This document shows, one piece after another, positions 61,416 to 64,000 of a DNA stretch of 64,000 bases. The position numbers were made by a program, and so were the translations under genes. Source of the stretch: an uncultured Holophagales bacterium (GTDB taxonomy: Bacteria; Acidobacteriota; Thermoanaerobaculia; Multivoradales; UBA5704); the NCBI GenBank assembly GCA_963842525.1, contig CAWJGT010000023.1, positions 1 to 64,000 on the forward strand, given 5' to 3'. Within the stretch, counting starts at the first letter, position 1; every line of letters starts with the position of its first letter. A model generated the notes under the pieces. The model had not been told where the DNA came from, did no database searches, and worked only from the letters and a program-made list of their open reading frames with translations.

Positions 61416-62690
61416 ATGGCCGTCTACGAAGACATCCTCGGCTCGCTCGTGGGAGAGCGCTACCGCGTCACCCGGCCGCTGGGGGCGGGCGCCTTCGGCC
61501 AGGTCTTCCTGGCCCAGCACGAGATCTTCGACGTGCCGCTGCGGCCCGTGGCCCTCAAGCTCTTCATCCGGGACTACGTGACGCGCGACAACGCCAGAAA
61601 GGTTTTCAAGGAAGCCCTGCTGCTCGAGTCCCTGGCGGCCGGAGCCCGCAGCCAGGGAGAGGAGACCCACCTGGTGACGGTCTATGAGGCCGGCGTCCTC
61701 AAGGACTACCAGCACATGCCCTACGTCGCCATGGAGTACGTGGACGGCGGCAGCCTCAAGGACCGCTTGGAAAGGGCCCGCCGGTTTCCCTTGCAGACGG
61801 TGATCCGCCACGTCCGCGACATCTGCGCCGGGCTCCGGCTGGCCCACGAGGCGTCGCCGGCGATCATCCACCGGGACCTGAAGCCGGAAAACGTCCTCAT
61901 CACGCACAGCGGCTTCGTCAAGGTCGCCGACTTCGGCGTCGCCATCGACCGCTACGAAGCGTTCCTGGCGGGCGGCACGGCCGGAACGATCACGTATTCG
62001 CCGCCGGAGAGCCGGCAGGACCGGGGAGCCTCACCCGCCTGGGACGTCTATTCGCTCGGCGTCATGATGCTCGAAATGCTCACAGGGGAAAACCCCTTGA
62101 TCCCTGCGCTCCGGAAGGCCAAAGAGGCGGACCGGCCGGTCGAGCGGGAGCTGGATGCGGCCCAGGAGAGGCTCGCCGAGCTCCACGACCCGGCGACCGG
62201 GCGTTCTTTCAACGATCTGATCGAAGAGCTGCGTCTGTGCAAGCCCTGCCAGAAAGTGCTCGCCGGCTGTCTCGCCTGGAGCCCGGCCGCGCGCTATCCG
62301 GACGCCCGAGCCCTGGACGAGGCTCTCCAGGCTTGCGAAACGGGCGGAGTGATCGTCGAGATGATCGAAACGTTCGAGCAGAAGCAGGAGCGGCTGCGTG
62401 GGCTCGCCGGCCAGGCGCGCCGGTTTGGCGACCTCGAACAGGCCCGGCTCCGGCTCGAGGAGGCCCGGTGCGAAAAGCCAAACGATCCGGGCCTCCTGTT
62501 CGAGCTGTCGGAGGTCTACGCCGCCCTGGAGCGCTGGGACGAGGCCATCCGTCTGCAGGAGGAGGGTCTGAAGAGCCGGCGCACCGGGGCAGGCATGCTG
62601 CGCCTGGCCGACCTCTACGACCGGGTGGGCAAACAAGGCCAGGCCAGGACCCTGCGCGGCCTGGCGAAATCCATCGGAAGCAAGGGCTGA
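61416..62690 (+). CDS. Cytoplasmic Hanks-type Ser/Thr kinase with C-terminal TPRs
   Basis: GAGAFGQV, VALK, HRDLKPEN, VADFG, GTITYSPPE, DVYSLG; TPR PGLLFELSEVYAALERWDEAIRL; no TM. Confidence 0.9.
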   Translation: MAVYEDILGSLVGERYRVTRPLGAGAFGQVFLAQHEIFDVPLRPVALKLFIRDYVTRDNARKVFKEALLLESLAAGARSQGEETHLVTVYEAGVLKDYQHMPYVAMEYVDGGSLKDRLERARRFPLQTVIRHVRDICAGLRLAHEASPAIIHRDLKPENVLITHSGFVKVADFGVAIDRYEAFLAGGTAGTITYSPPESRQDRGASPAWDVYSLGVMMLEMLTGENPLIPALRKAKEADRPVERELDAAQERLAELHDPATGRSFNDLIEELRLCKPCQKVLAGCLAWSPAARYPDARALDEALQACETGGVIVEMIETFEQKQERLRGLAGQARRFGDLEQARLRLEEARCEKPNDPGLLFELSEVYAALERWDEAIRLQEEGLKSRRTGAGMLRLADLYDRVGKQGQARTLRGLAKSIGSKG

Positions 62691-62704
62691 TCCGGGAGCG
62701 GGAC

Positions 62705-64000
62705 ATGCTCGACCTGAAACCCATCGATCCCTCCGTCTCGCGCTCCCTTCTTGCGCGGTTCAACCCTTTTCAGCCCGGGCTGCACCTGCGCGACAGCATG
62801 CCGGAGGAGATCCTGCAAAAGCCCCTCGATCACCAGGATCTCCTCCGCCAGCACGGCTGGCGCCGGGTGCTTCCCTTCTATGAAGAGGAGCTCTTCCCCG
62901 CCCTGAAGCGCCTGCCTGCGAGCCGCGAGGCCTGGCGGGTCCGCTACGAGATCGGCTGCCGGGCCGTGGCCCTGCGCGCCGCCAACGAGCCTGATGCTCG
63001 CATGACCCGGCTCGCCACGGAGCTGGCCGGCGACCTGGTGTTGGCCCGTTTCGAAGAGAACCCCGCCGGCGACGCGGCGGTGCGCCGCCAGGTGAGGGAT
63101 TTCCTCGCGACGCAGCTCGCCGAAGCGGTCGGCCGGCTGCGCCGCGAAAGAAGAATCGTGGAAGCCTGCCAGGTCTACGAAGCGCTCGAACGGCTGGGAG
63201 GGCTGAGCCCAACTCACCGCACGGAGTACGCCCGGCTGCTCTGGCAGGACCAGGACCGGGGAGGCGCCGCGGCCCTGCCGGTCTACCTGCGCCACCTGAG
63301 CGACCACGGCTGGAACGGCGGACCGGTCACCGGCGAGATGAAGGCTTTCGTCCTGAGCCAGATCGCCATTGACGACCGGACGCCGCAGCACGAGATCCCC
63401 CGGCGCCTGCTGCTCAACCAGTCGGCCCTGTGCTCCCCCAAGGCGCCGGTGGAAGCCGCCCGGCATGCGGGCCTGGCCTACCTCCGCCTGGATCAACCCG
63501 AACGGGCCGTCCCTTACCTGGAGCGGGCCCGATCCGGCAATGGCCACGATCAGGGCGTCGCCGCCTTCCATCTCGGCCAGGCCCTGTTCCGCACCGAGAA
63601 ATTCGATCCGGCCGCGACGGCCTTCGAGCAGGCAGCGCAACAAGGCTACAGCAGCGCACGGATCGAGGCCTGGAAGGGTCTGGCCTACGCCCGGTCGGCC
63701 CGCTGGGAAGAGGCTCTCGCGGCGTTCCGCCAGGCCCAGGCGGACCTCGGCGACATCCAGGAAGGGGACTTCTTCGTCAACTGGGGGCGCGCCGCCTTCC
63801 TGATGAAGGACGTCGAAGACGCCGAGCAGCGTTTCTGCCGCGCGCTCGCCGTGGAGCCGGGCAACGCCCGTGCGGCCCAAGGCCTCGCGATCTGCCTGGA
63901 GCAGCAGGGCCGGAGACCGGAAGCGCACGGCCTGTTGCAGCCCCTCGCGTCCGCCGAGCCGGTCTTCGCTCCGGCCGTCCATCTCCTCGGGCGCCTGCTG
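62705..64000 (+). CDS. Large TPR-repeat protein, 3' partial (absent from the ORF track)
   Basis: GGGAG RBS, ATG at 62705, open for 432 codons to the window end; TPRs AGLAYLRLDQPERAVPYLERA, FHLGQALFRTEKFDPAATAFEQA, AWKGLAYARSARWEEALAAFRQA, NWGRAAFLMKDVEDAEQRFCRAL. Confidence 0.85.
   Translation, partial: MLDLKPIDPSVSRSLLARFNPFQPGLHLRDSMPEEILQKPLDHQDLLRQHGWRRVLPFYEEELFPALKRLPASREAWRVRYEIGCRAVALRAANEPDARMTRLATELAGDLVLARFEENPAGDAAVRRQVRDFLATQLAEAVGRLRRERRIVEACQVYEALERLGGLSPTHRTEYARLLWQDQDRGGAAALPVYLRHLSDHGWNGGPVTGEMKAFVLSQIAIDDRTPQHEIPRRLLLNQSALCSPKAPVEAARHAGLAYLRLDQPERAVPYLERARSGNGHDQGVAAFHLGQALFRTEKFDPAATAFEQAAQQGYSSARIEAWKGLAYARSARWEEALAAFRQAQADLGDIQEGDFFVNWGRAAFLMKDVEDAEQRFCRALAVEPGNARAAQGLAICLEQQGRRPEAHGLLQPLASAEPVFAPAVHLLGRLL

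Noticed and set aside
55188-64000. Type VI secretion accessory cluster (ClpV, PpkA, TagR-like FGE, OmpA-domain TagL/TssL)
   Set aside because: The parts list is superficially similar, but the ATPase has one AAA+ module, the kinase has no TM, the FGE domain is fused to a cytoplasmic CHAT, the OmpA protein is MotB-like and paired with a MotA homologue, and no tss core genes are seen. Downstream sequence is needed to exclude it fully.

Overview
GC-rich bacterial chromosome segment. Gene families and palindromic repeats suggest Acidobacteriota, class Thermoanaerobaculia (inference). About ten conserved genes carry single-base frameshifts, most simply explained by long-read or assembly error. Housekeeping and metabolic genes include egtB-like, a Leu/Phe/Val dehydrogenase, mtgA, proC, korAB, nuoB-CD-I, xerD and leuA/leuB-like. 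They are interleaved with five type II toxin-antitoxin pairs plus remnants, STAND/NACHT-type gene fragments, two structured tandem-repeat tracts, REP-like palindromes, secreted-protein genes and a kinase/FHA-sigma54 module. The standout is at 55.2-64 kb. A tightly coupled operon encodes a ZorA-like MotA-family protein with a ~295-aa tail, a ZorB-like MotB/OmpA protein, an unusual Clp-N(x4) plus single-AAA+ ATPase, a Ser/Thr kinase-TPR and a large TPR protein that runs off the window. A caspase-like CHAT protease fused to an FGE-sulfatase domain is transcribed divergently. This looks like a Zorya-like membrane motor wired to a proteolysis/phosphorylation/unfoldase output instead of the known ZorC/D/E/F/G effectors. 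All calls are from motif reading by eye; no database searches were run.
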